From a virus (lineage: Duplodnaviria > Heunggongvirae > Uroviricota > Caudoviricetes), in IMG/VR virus record IMGVR_UViG_3300041409_000458: a DNA stretch of 52,925 bases. One strand, written 5' to 3'. The position numbers were made by a program, and so were the translations under genes. Positions 45,909 to 52,925 of the stretch are shown here, in pieces (position 1 is the stretch's first letter; each line of letters begins with the position of its first letter). The notes under the pieces are model-generated. The model was not told the DNA's origin. It searched no databases and saw nothing but the letters and a program-made list of their open reading frames with translations.

Positions 45909-47012
45909 TTATTCCGTTAAAAAGTAACTTCCGTCTATAATAGACTGATAATCAAGGTCAGTCATATCTTTTGACTTCTTGGGCATGTCTTTAAACATAC
46001 CGAAATAAGGGTGAAAGGCTAGAGGAATAAAGATACCATTACTATCAAAGGAATTCTTTAATATGTGAAGACTTCTATAGAATTTGGCTCCTCTTTCGTC
46101 TCTCATCTTTTGTAGATTGTAACCTGCAACGTCCATATTTGTTCCCTCAGGCAAGATTGCATAAGGGTCAAGTAGTGCTAAAACCACGTCACTATCATGT
46201 GCAGTAGTTGAAGTTTCAGCAAAGTCAGCAAGTTTTGGAAGAGTATCACCCAATTTTAATCTACTCACATCACTTACACCTCTGTTCAATTGCTGAACAA
46301 TCACTGGACTAAATCCGTATAAGTCACGGGCATCTCTCATGGCAGTTGAGAATTTGTCCAAATTTGCTTTGGTTTTACCATCAACCTTCTCAGGTTTCAA
46401 TATACCAATGTGGTCAGTGATAATTATCACTAAATGGTTATCATGTTTGGATTCATAACTTTTTGATTCCAGTTCTCCATCCTTACGAGGAATAACTTCC
46501 CCGTGTCTTTTGGCAAAATTATCTATAAAGATACTAATTCCTGTAGGATTCTTAGTACCTTCAAAAACAATAAGAGTTTCATCTTTCTGCCACAGTTCAA
46601 ATTGGTCCATATAAATATCAACCAGTTTTTGTTCTTTTTCATCAAGACTCTTACCTCTTCTATGAAGAATTTTCATATATGGAATATTAATCCCTTGTTC
46701 TTTGAATATAGCTCTGGAAATCCATTTTGCTGCATACATGAACATTTTCCTCTCCATTCCAAAATAGATAACATTCAGCTTAATAGTGGTTGTTTCCTGA
46801 TTCTTTAACCACCAATCCATTACACTCAGAAGAAAAATCTCCTGAACGATGGTTGATTTACCGGAACCAGTAATTCCTCCAACAGTGTACATAGTATTCC
46901 TTCCAATCTCAATATAATCACCAAGTTTTGTCAAGTTTATAGGAATAGTCATGTTCTTTCCTTCCTTACCTCTCTTTATCTCTGCTTTTAGGTTATCTTT
47001 TAATTGTATCAT
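45909..47012 (-). CDS. dnaB: DnaB-like replicative helicase
   Basis: GGITGSGKS, GME, DHIG, QQLNR, DSD. Confidence 0.85.
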   Translation of the reverse strand: MIQLKDNLKAEIKRGKEGKNMTIPINLTKLGDYIEIGRNTMYTVGGITGSGKSTIVQEIFLLSVMDWWLKNQETTTIKLNVIYFGMERKMFMYAAKWISRAIFKEQGINIPYMKILHRRGKSLDEKEQKLVDIYMDQFELWQKDETLIVFEGTKNPTGISIFIDNFAKRHGEVIPRKDGELESKSYESKHDNHLVIIITDHIGILKPEKVDGKTKANLDKFSTAMRDARDLYGFSPVIVQQLNRGVSDVSRLKLGDTLPKLADFAETSTTAHDSDVVLALLDPYAILPEGTNMDVAGYNLQKMRDERGAKFYRSLHILKNSFDSNGIFIPLAFHPYFGMFKDMPKKSKDMTDLDYQSIIDGSYFLTE

Positions 47013-47656
47013 ACAATATGAATTGAAGGGTTAGCATCATTGTTTTCTTCTTCCTCTGTATTTCCCATATCAGTTACTAAAGCTGAAGCTCCATCTTTCA
47101 TTATGTAATAATTAAGTAAAGGAGTCCAGCTATTTTCCCTGACTTTTCTATCAAGGAATCTTATCAAGCATTTGTCAATTTTATCAAAATCTTTTAATTT
47201 GTAAAGAATAATAACCTTTAACAAAACTTTAGAGAAATCCGCAAGATTGGGAAAAAATGAATATGCTGTACCTCTGACAATAGGTCTTTGTTGTTTCTTA
47301 CCAGTCTTTTCTATTAACCTGTCTTGTAATTTCTGATGTAGAACCTTCGCCCATTCAAGGTAATCATCACTCACAGTTGGTGTTTTTAACAATCCTTTTG
47401 TAGTTATCACTGGAACAGTAGACTCTATAACAGGTGGCTTAGGACAAACTACACTATCACTATCAATAAGTTCAATTGCCTTGGAAGTCAGTTTGTCTTT
47501 GGATAGATAACCTTTTTTATGAAGAAGATTTATAAATCCTTTTATCCGTTTACTTTTAGGAAGCTCTTCTCCATCCCGAAGGCAACAGAGGAGAGAATAA
47601 TGGTCTAGAAGCAAACCTTGCTCTAAAATAGAGGCATATTTCTCAATGTTAATCAT
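47009..47656 (-). CDS. Hypothetical protein (replication module)
   Basis: ATGA-coupled to dnaB. Confidence 0.6.
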   Translation of the reverse strand: MINIEKYASILEQGLLLDHYSLLCCLRDGEELPKSKRIKGFINLLHKKGYLSKDKLTSKAIELIDSDSVVCPKPPVIESTVPVITTKGLLKTPTVSDDYLEWAKVLHQKLQDRLIEKTGKKQQRPIVRGTAYSFFPNLADFSKVLLKVIILYKLKDFDKIDKCLIRFLDRKVRENSWTPLLNYYIMKDGASALVTDMGNTEEEENNDANPSIHIV

Positions 47657-47861
47657 GATGACGGTTTTTTATATACAAAGGTACAAAGGTTCCGTCAAAC
47701 TCAAATCCGTCTAATACAAACTTGGTGTGACGAGGATACTCATTACGAAGCCATTTAATGGCATCTTGTCCATATCCTTCAATAACTTCTTCTACCTGTT
47801 CTCCTGTTCTGAAATTAGTAACTGTAAATACAGATGCTATTTCTGTTGTTTCTTTTTCCAT
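47649..47861 (-). CDS. Hypothetical protein
   Basis: ORF directly downstream of the promoter at 47866-47897. Confidence 0.55.
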   Translation of the reverse strand: MEKETTEIASVFTVTNFRTGEQVEEVIEGYGQDAIKWLRNEYPRHTKFVLDGFEFDGTFVPLYIKNRHHD

Positions 47862-47865
47862 AGTA

Positions 47866-47897
47866 CAAAATTAAATTTTTTATGTGTCAGTTCCAAG
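47866..47897 (-). promoter_or_regulatory. Bacteroidota sigma70-type promoter
   Basis: CTTG-N20-TAATTTTG. Confidence 0.55.
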
Positions 47898-47907
47898 TGA
47901 CGATTTG

Positions 47908-48330
47908 TCATTTAGATAAAAATGACTCAATCTTGGTGATTAATTGCTCTTTTTGAGCGTGAATTCTGCTGTAGTTCAGTTTGCTTGGATGTAGAGTCTC
48001 TAATATTTCAAGGTTGCAACTCCAAGTTTTAGGCTTTGAATAAAAATAATCTCGTGCCACATTACCCAAAAGCCAAACTTTGTCTGCAGCCTGTACTTTA
48101 CTCTCGAGAGTGCTAGACCAATGTTTGTCCATATCTTCCTGAGAAGGTGTTTTATGTCCTTTTTCAAGAAAACCGGGAAATTTATCACTAACAGCTTCAA
48201 ATTCAAACATTTCCTGAGCTTTTTCCTTAGATATACCAACCCAACTTAATATTTCATAAAGAAGGGTTGTATCGTAAGGTACTCTTTGCTTGGCTGCTGG
48301 AGGAGCTTGTCCTATTAAGAGTATTTTCAT
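47908..48330 (-). CDS. Small UDG-superfamily fold protein
   Basis: ILLIGQAP, VWLLGNVA, LHPS. Confidence 0.7.
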   Translation of the reverse strand: MKILLIGQAPPAAKQRVPYDTTLLYEILSWVGISKEKAQEMFEFEAVSDKFPGFLEKGHKTPSQEDMDKHWSSTLESKVQAADKVWLLGNVARDYFYSKPKTWSCNLEILETLHPSKLNYSRIHAQKEQLITKIESFLSK

Positions 48331-48608
48331 GATGGTTCTTTAGTAAAAATGTTGGTGTCACACCAATCTTTAGATTCTTTCAAACCCATTCCCGTCATCT
48401 CCTTAAAGAATTTAAGTACAGACAGCTTGTTTTCACCGTTCCACATTTCATTACACTTTCTAATTATTGCTTTTTCAGCTGCATCTCGGTCAATCTCAAG
48501 TTTTGGAGTCTGCTTTAGTTTTTCTGTAAGGATTCTATCAACCTGATTAAGCTCATGTAAAGGAGCTTTGTCTTGCAGGTACTTTTTTATTACTTCTATA
48601 AATTCCAT
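48327..48608 (-). CDS. Protein with ribosomal protein bL12 C-terminal-like domain
   Basis: KLSVLKFFKEMTGMGLKESKDWCD matches bL12 K..VIK.VR..TGLGLKEAK..VE. Confidence 0.7.
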   Translation of the reverse strand: MEFIEVIKKYLQDKAPLHELNQVDRILTEKLKQTPKLEIDRDAAEKAIIRKCNEMWNGENKLSVLKFFKEMTGMGLKESKDWCDTNIFTKEPS

Positions 48609-48856
48609 TAGTGTTCTTTTATGAGTGATTGTTTATATTTGCTTTCACCAATCTTAACAGAATGAGTTCTCCAATCAGTGACATTATGAGGTTTAACTGG
48701 TAGAACTAAGATTTTAATATTCCTAGCTGTTGTTCCTCTGACTCTTTGGATTTCGTTGAAGATTTCCTCTAGGTTATTGAGACTCAGTTCTAAACCGACC
48801 CTTCCGGATGGTAACTCTAAGAGTTTACCGTATCCAATGTATCTGTCTTCATCCAT
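48608..48856 (-). CDS. Hypothetical protein
   Basis: Coupled ORF. Confidence 0.55.
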   Translation of the reverse strand: MDEDRYIGYGKLLELPSGRVGLELSLNNLEEIFNEIQRVRGTTARNIKILVLPVKPHNVTDWRTHSVKIGESKYKQSLIKEH

Positions 48857-49392
48857 GTGGTTTTAGCAGCCGAGTTTATATCTGGTGACTGTCCCAGTTT
48901 CTTTTTGGTCTGTTGATAGCTCCTTTCCCAAAGTAAATCATAGACTCTTTCAGATATTTTATCATACCAAGCATGAGCTAAGTGTAAAACACCCTTAAAA
49001 CCTACTTTTGCATAGTATCCAAGCCCTAGTTTTTGGGTAAACATTAACATTGGATGTGGAGTTCTTCTGGTTGGAACATGGCTGTCAGGTCCAAAATATT
49101 GCACCCAACTCGCTCCTTGTTCACATTTAATACGGAGTCCTTCAGTCTTCTCTGAAGTGTCTTCAAGATAGAATCCGTTTAATAGAGCCCATTCTTTCAC
49201 ATTATTCTTATTCCAGAAATCTGCTTCAGCATCCACAAACTCAATAGATACCATCAGAAAGTCTTTATGTGCTCCAAAGAGGAAATCTACAGGAGTAAAA
49301 AAGCCCCAACCGACTGATTGGGGCTCTTTAGCAAATAATGTTGCAAAGGTACATCCTGTGTGACCTTTTGCTATCCATTCTCGATTTGTCAT
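48817..49392 (-). CDS. Hypothetical protein
   Basis: 191-aa ORF. GCTFA and RRTPHPMLMF weakly recall YqcI/YcgG-type proteins (unverified). Confidence 0.55.
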   Translation of the reverse strand: MTNREWIAKGHTGCTFATLFAKEPQSVGWGFFTPVDFLFGAHKDFLMVSIEFVDAEADFWNKNNVKEWALLNGFYLEDTSEKTEGLRIKCEQGASWVQYFGPDSHVPTRRTPHPMLMFTQKLGLGYYAKVGFKGVLHLAHAWYDKISERVYDLLWERSYQQTKKKLGQSPDINSAAKTTWMKTDTLDTVNS

Positions 49393-49898
49393 TTCTTGTC
49401 TGGTTTAAAAGTACCATTCTTAAGAATATTATTAAGAATAGCAAGTAATCTATTTTTATCAGATTTGAACCTCTTACCAAACCTTACACAACTCTTAGCA
49501 AGAGTATTTTCATTGCCATATTCATTACGTAAGGCACCTTCATTATCGGTTATAATCTCCTTCTCGAACGCAGTCTCTATCATATCTAACTCAAGGTAAG
49601 AAAACCATTTCTTTAATTTATTACTTTGGAATGATTCAGAACCGAGACTGTCTCTCGTACTAACTTCATTTGTACTTATGACACATGACGCAAAAAGTGA
49701 ACCTTTTGCACATGCTTCACAGGTATAAGTTTCCCCACGCTTAAGAATAGTTTGTAAATCTTTCTCTCCATGAGTATCAGGAAGATAGAAATATTCTCCT
49801 TCTGTAGGAACAATTACTCCTGCTTGTATTTGTGCTATCGCATCTCTTACTATTCTCTTCTTTTGAAGAGGTATAGATAATTCTTCGAACTTTTTCAT
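49389..49898 (-). CDS. Hypothetical protein
   Basis: 169-aa ORF with CEACAKG. Confidence 0.6.
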   Translation of the reverse strand: MKKFEELSIPLQKKRIVRDAIAQIQAGVIVPTEGEYFYLPDTHGEKDLQTILKRGETYTCEACAKGSLFASCVISTNEVSTRDSLGSESFQSNKLKKWFSYLELDMIETAFEKEIITDNEGALRNEYGNENTLAKSCVRFGKRFKSDKNRLLAILNNILKNGTFKPDKK

Positions 49899-49899
49899 A

Positions 49900-51453
49900 T
49901 TATTGTTTTATACGTTTACGAATTTCCTCCAAAGTGTATTCTTTGGTGGTTTTACCATCCAGATAGACGGTTTGAAGGTAACCTGTAGCCTCTTGTACCC
50001 ATGTTTGTTGGTCCTTGGCTATTAATTGCCCTTCTACGCTCATTTGGATGCTTATAAGACCCTTTAAGGACTTTTTGGTACCATCATCAGTGATTGGGTC
50101 TTTGAAGATTTCTCGGGGTTCTATCCATGTTTCTCCTAATGAAGGACCACCTTGGTCAAACATATCTTCAGTAGCTACATGAGTAAGTTCACCATAGGTA
50201 GCTTTTACAGCAAAACCAAAGGTATCTCTGGTATTCATCTGGTAGGTGTAAGAACCAATACCAAATACTATGTTTGTAGAAGCAAAACCTTTGGCTTTTA
50301 GACGTTCGCATATCTGAGTAGCCCTTTCGAGTGTAATAGAATCTCCGTAGATTGCTCCAATGTGGCTATCCAGCACTTTGTACTCATTACCATCAGCTCC
50401 TTTTACAATTGTACCTCCGAAAACATCCCACAGAAGCTCAACTACACCTTTTTCGACTGGAGAACCTTTCTGCTGAGGAGTTACTCTACTTGCACTACCA
50501 TTTTCATTAGTGATTCTATCTATCAAGTCCTCAAGTTCTGAAGTACCACAAATAATATCAACTGGGTCTCCAGAGTCAGGACGAATCACCAGTTTACCAT
50601 CTCTGCTAAGGATTTGCTCCTTTAAAGCAGGTAAATACTCTGTTAAAACTTTCCACAAATCCCAAGTGTCAGATACAACTGATAGAATACCAGTAGGATA
50701 TATATCAAGTAAATTCTTAAATGTACCAATTTCATCATCTTTGGTTCCCATGCACATCACCGAGTGTTCGGTGGCAGGCACAGATGCACCAATAAGACCA
50801 GTAGCTTTATAAGAATTACGCAAAGCATAGATAGCAGGAATAGTGTCGGTACCAGTAAAGGACGTAAGATGACCCATTCCTGATAATATAGCTGTCTCCA
50901 CAGAAGACATGCCACGCATGCTAAAATCGTGACCTTGCCACTGAACTCCAGCATCTGAACCAGTAGTTTCTTTTGCATATTTAGATAGTATTTTCCAGTA
51001 TTCTGCAGCTATGGTAGCTGAAGTTATTGGCTGCCACAGTTGACAACTCAAGAGTGTCTCAAGATAGTTTGTCAGCCAGTAAAATTCTGGTTTGGTGTTA
51101 CAAATGGTCATACAAGGAACCCTGATTGGAACCCTTGTTCCTTCAGCTACTGCTTTTATACAAATCGGAAGATATCCTAATTCATGTAAAGCCTTAATAT
51201 GTTCTGTAGAAGTGTTAATTGCAAATTTATATTCTTCTTCTACTTGTTCCCAAGGCGTATCAAAGAATTCCTTTTGGAATTTACCTTGTAAATACTTGTG
51301 AAGAAAGTGCTGTAATCCAAAGAATATGATTGAATTCACTCCTTTTATTCTACTCTTTCGAGCCGTAAGATTACTATAAATCATCGAAGTATGTTTAGGA
51401 TATTGCCTAAAATGTTCGACCTTATAATAGTCCGTTAATATTATCGGATTCAT
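49900..51453 (-). CDS. nadV: Nicotinamide phosphoribosyltransferase (NAMPT)
   Basis: TDYYK, HDFSMRG, GTDT, PATEHSVM, SVVSDTWD, IRPDSGDP, IYGDSIT, FGIGSY, KKSLKG. Confidence 0.96.
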   Translation of the reverse strand: MNPIILTDYYKVEHFRQYPKHTSMIYSNLTARKSRIKGVNSIIFFGLQHFLHKYLQGKFQKEFFDTPWEQVEEEYKFAINTSTEHIKALHELGYLPICIKAVAEGTRVPIRVPCMTICNTKPEFYWLTNYLETLLSCQLWQPITSATIAAEYWKILSKYAKETTGSDAGVQWQGHDFSMRGMSSVETAILSGMGHLTSFTGTDTIPAIYALRNSYKATGLIGASVPATEHSVMCMGTKDDEIGTFKNLLDIYPTGILSVVSDTWDLWKVLTEYLPALKEQILSRDGKLVIRPDSGDPVDIICGTSELEDLIDRITNENGSASRVTPQQKGSPVEKGVVELLWDVFGGTIVKGADGNEYKVLDSHIGAIYGDSITLERATQICERLKAKGFASTNIVFGIGSYTYQMNTRDTFGFAVKATYGELTHVATEDMFDQGGPSLGETWIEPREIFKDPITDDGTKKSLKGLISIQMSVEGQLIAKDQQTWVQEATGYLQTVYLDGKTTKEYTLEEIRKRIKQ

Positions 51454-51937
51454 AATTTTTTAAATATTTAAGTGCCTTTTTTAATAACTCAGGGTCATCG
51501 TTGAAATTACCCAAAGCTGAATTACATTTAAAACATAATAAAGCCCTAACTTTTCCCGTTTTATGGTCATGGTCAACGGCCATAACTTTATGCTTATCAC
51601 GAGTCTCAGTTCCTCTACATATAGCACATTTTCCTCCTTGATTCTTCAACATCTTGTTGAAATCATCAAGAGTGATACCATACATTCTCTTAAGATGAGC
51701 TTTTCTTGAACAAACAATTCCTTCAGGAGAACTATAAAATTTCTTCCTTTTGTCCCTATTTAAGAGGTTGGCTTCTTTGACCTTATCAGGATTTTTAAGA
51801 TTCCATTTTCTGCTAGTCTCATTTCTACAGATTTTACATCTATATGTAAATCCTGACTTGTCATATTTGTCCTTGGTGAAATGGTCTGAATCAAGGGGTT
51901 TCTCCTGATTACAACCTGTACATATTCTTTTTTCCAT
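51422..51937 (-). CDS. Endonuclease VII-like HNH homing endonuclease
   Basis: CTGC...CKIC; QGGKCAIC...VDHDH...RALLCFKCN. Confidence 0.88.
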   Translation of the reverse strand: MEKRICTGCNQEKPLDSDHFTKDKYDKSGFTYRCKICRNETSRKWNLKNPDKVKEANLLNRDKRKKFYSSPEGIVCSRKAHLKRMYGITLDDFNKMLKNQGGKCAICRGTETRDKHKVMAVDHDHKTGKVRALLCFKCNSALGNFNDDPELLKKALKYLKNYESDNINGLL

Positions 51938-51941
51938 ACCA

Positions 51942-51973
51942 TAAAGATACGAAATTCTGGATACATTTCCAAA
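51942..51973 (-). promoter_or_regulatory. Bacteroidota sigma70-type promoter
   Basis: TTTG-N20-TATCTTTA. Confidence 0.6.
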
Positions 51974-51975
51974 TC

Positions 51976-52296
51976 TTATTTTTGCAATGTATCCTTATTT
52001 TTGAAGATATATGGTTTAGCTATACTTCTTTTGTTCTCAGCTGGTTTAGTTATTATACCAAAATTTTTGAGTGTTGCCATATAGTTCCTAACAACTTGTT
52101 CAGAGAATACAATCTTTCTCTCAAGAGCCATTTTGCATATCTGCTCTGTTGTTGCGAATTCTTGTACTTGTGATATAAGTGCAAGAAGTTTAATATAACT
52201 ATGTGGAACAAAAAACCCTCTTTCGAGGGTTCTAACTGAGAAATGTATAATTGCTGCCAATTCCTCTGTATCAGCTTCAAATTTAATTATTCTCAT
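51976..52296 (-). CDS. Hypothetical protein (possible winged HTH)
   Basis: SEQVVRNYMATLKNFGII pattern. Confidence 0.45.
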   Translation of the reverse strand: MRIIKFEADTEELAAIIHFSVRTLERGFFVPHSYIKLLALISQVQEFATTEQICKMALERKIVFSEQVVRNYMATLKNFGIITKPAENKRSIAKPYIFKNKDTLQK

Positions 52297-52334
52297 GTCT
52301 TGTAATAATCAGTTAATAATATTGGGTCCATTAT

Positions 52335-52799
52335 TTAAACTTTTGTGTGTAAAATCTCAACAAGTTGAGAAGGTCCCCACAATTGGGGTATTTGATATCT
52401 GTGGCAAAATACGTCAACGTTTCCCTTTCTTTGATAATTTGTGTTACAAATAATATAAGTATTAGGTAAATTGCCAAATTTTCCTAGTTCCATAAGAGTA
52501 ATAGGTGAAATGGTATCAGCGGCAAAGTAGAAAACTCGTGCTGTTGCTCTTTCGAGATAAGTGAGTTCCCAGTCTACTTGCTGATAAAAGCTTGGATTGC
52601 TTATATCCTGTTTCCATGTACTATCCCAATCTTTTCTTCTAGGATTAAGGAAAGTCCATGTTCCATAATTCTTGGATTTTTCAAATAAACCTATTAAATG
52701 TGCTTGCCAGTTGTCAGCTTTCCCCATTTCTATACTTCCACCAAGGAATAGTGAGGGTCCATTAAGCTGAGGATAATCTGGAGGAGTAAATATTTTCAT
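52335..52799 (-). CDS. Nucleoside 2-deoxyribosyltransferase-like protein
   Basis: FLGGSI...W...NPRR...QVDWE...SPITLMELG. Likely start is the ATG at 52799. Confidence 0.85.
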   Translation of the reverse strand: MKIFTPPDYPQLNGPSLFLGGSIEMGKADNWQAHLIGLFEKSKNYGTWTFLNPRRKDWDSTWKQDISNPSFYQQVDWELTYLERATARVFYFAADTISPITLMELGKFGNLPNTYIICNTNYQRKGNVDVFCHRYQIPQLWGPSQLVEILHTKV

Positions 52800-52803
52800 A
52801 AGT

Positions 52804-52925
52804 TTATCCAAGGAATTTTACATATGTTTCTTCAAAGATAGCTGGGTCACAAGGATAATATTCTCCTTTGACTCCTCTAATTATAACATAACCTTTAGGA
52901 ACATTGTAAGAAGTTCCTTCTAAAG
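52804..52925 (-). CDS. PGDYG-like phage protein, C-terminal part (5' end outside window)
   Basis: LEG...GYVIIRGVKGEYYPCDPAIFEETY. Confidence 0.75.
   Translation of the reverse strand, partial: LEGTSYNVPKGYVIIRGVKGEYYPCDPAIFEETYVKFLG

Noticed and set aside
49900-51453. Complete two-gene NAD reconstitution pathway (NAMPT + NMNAT)
   Set aside because: No NMNAT/NadR/Nudix or Prs gene is visible in this window. Only NAMPT is supported.
1-52925. Stop-codon reassignment (TAG/TGA), as in some crAss-like phages
   Set aside because: Long genes are intact under code 11, and TAG (10000, 21668, 33785) and TGA (10435, 26104) end genes at sensible positions. The UDG break is explained by an intron.
1-52925. 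tRNA genes, integrase/att sites, DNA polymerase, spanins
   Set aside because: No cloverleaf-compatible intergenic segment or recognisable motifs were found by eye. These may lie outside the window; a tRNAscan run would be needed to exclude tRNAs.

Overview
The window is part of a lytic dsDNA bacteriophage genome. It is AT-rich and uses the standard genetic code. Bacteroidota-type promoters (TTTG-N19/20-TAnnTTTG) point to a Bacteroidota host, and the primase, DnaB, PD-(D/E)XK nuclease and UDG look Crassvirales-like (both are inferences). Bases 1-9971 (+ strand) hold late genes: tail-fibre-like proteins, three Cys-rich poly-Thr proteins, two glycosyltransferases (GT6 and a plant HPAT/SGT1-like enzyme), a lysis cassette (TM+PAS protein, holin, GH24 endolysin) and a probable virion protein. 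A bidirectional terminator at about 10 kb separates these from the minus-strand replication and metabolism arm. That arm holds RecA, two MazG-like genes, RNR, ThyX, DNA ligase, rIIA/rIIB, UDG, primases, helicases and NAMPT, plus about 10 homing endonucleases. The top candidates for new biology are: (1) a phage-encoded protein O-glycosylation module with its own poly-Thr substrates; (2) a PARP1-like WGR-HD-CAT ADP-ribosyltransferase with SLOG, macro-like and NAD-salvage genes; (3) a PAS-domain membrane protein in the lysis cassette; (4) a group I intron with its homing endonuclease in the P1 loop, splitting the UDG catalytic motif. Several genes also show deletion or frameshift scars. All family calls come from motif recognition by eye; no database searches were run.
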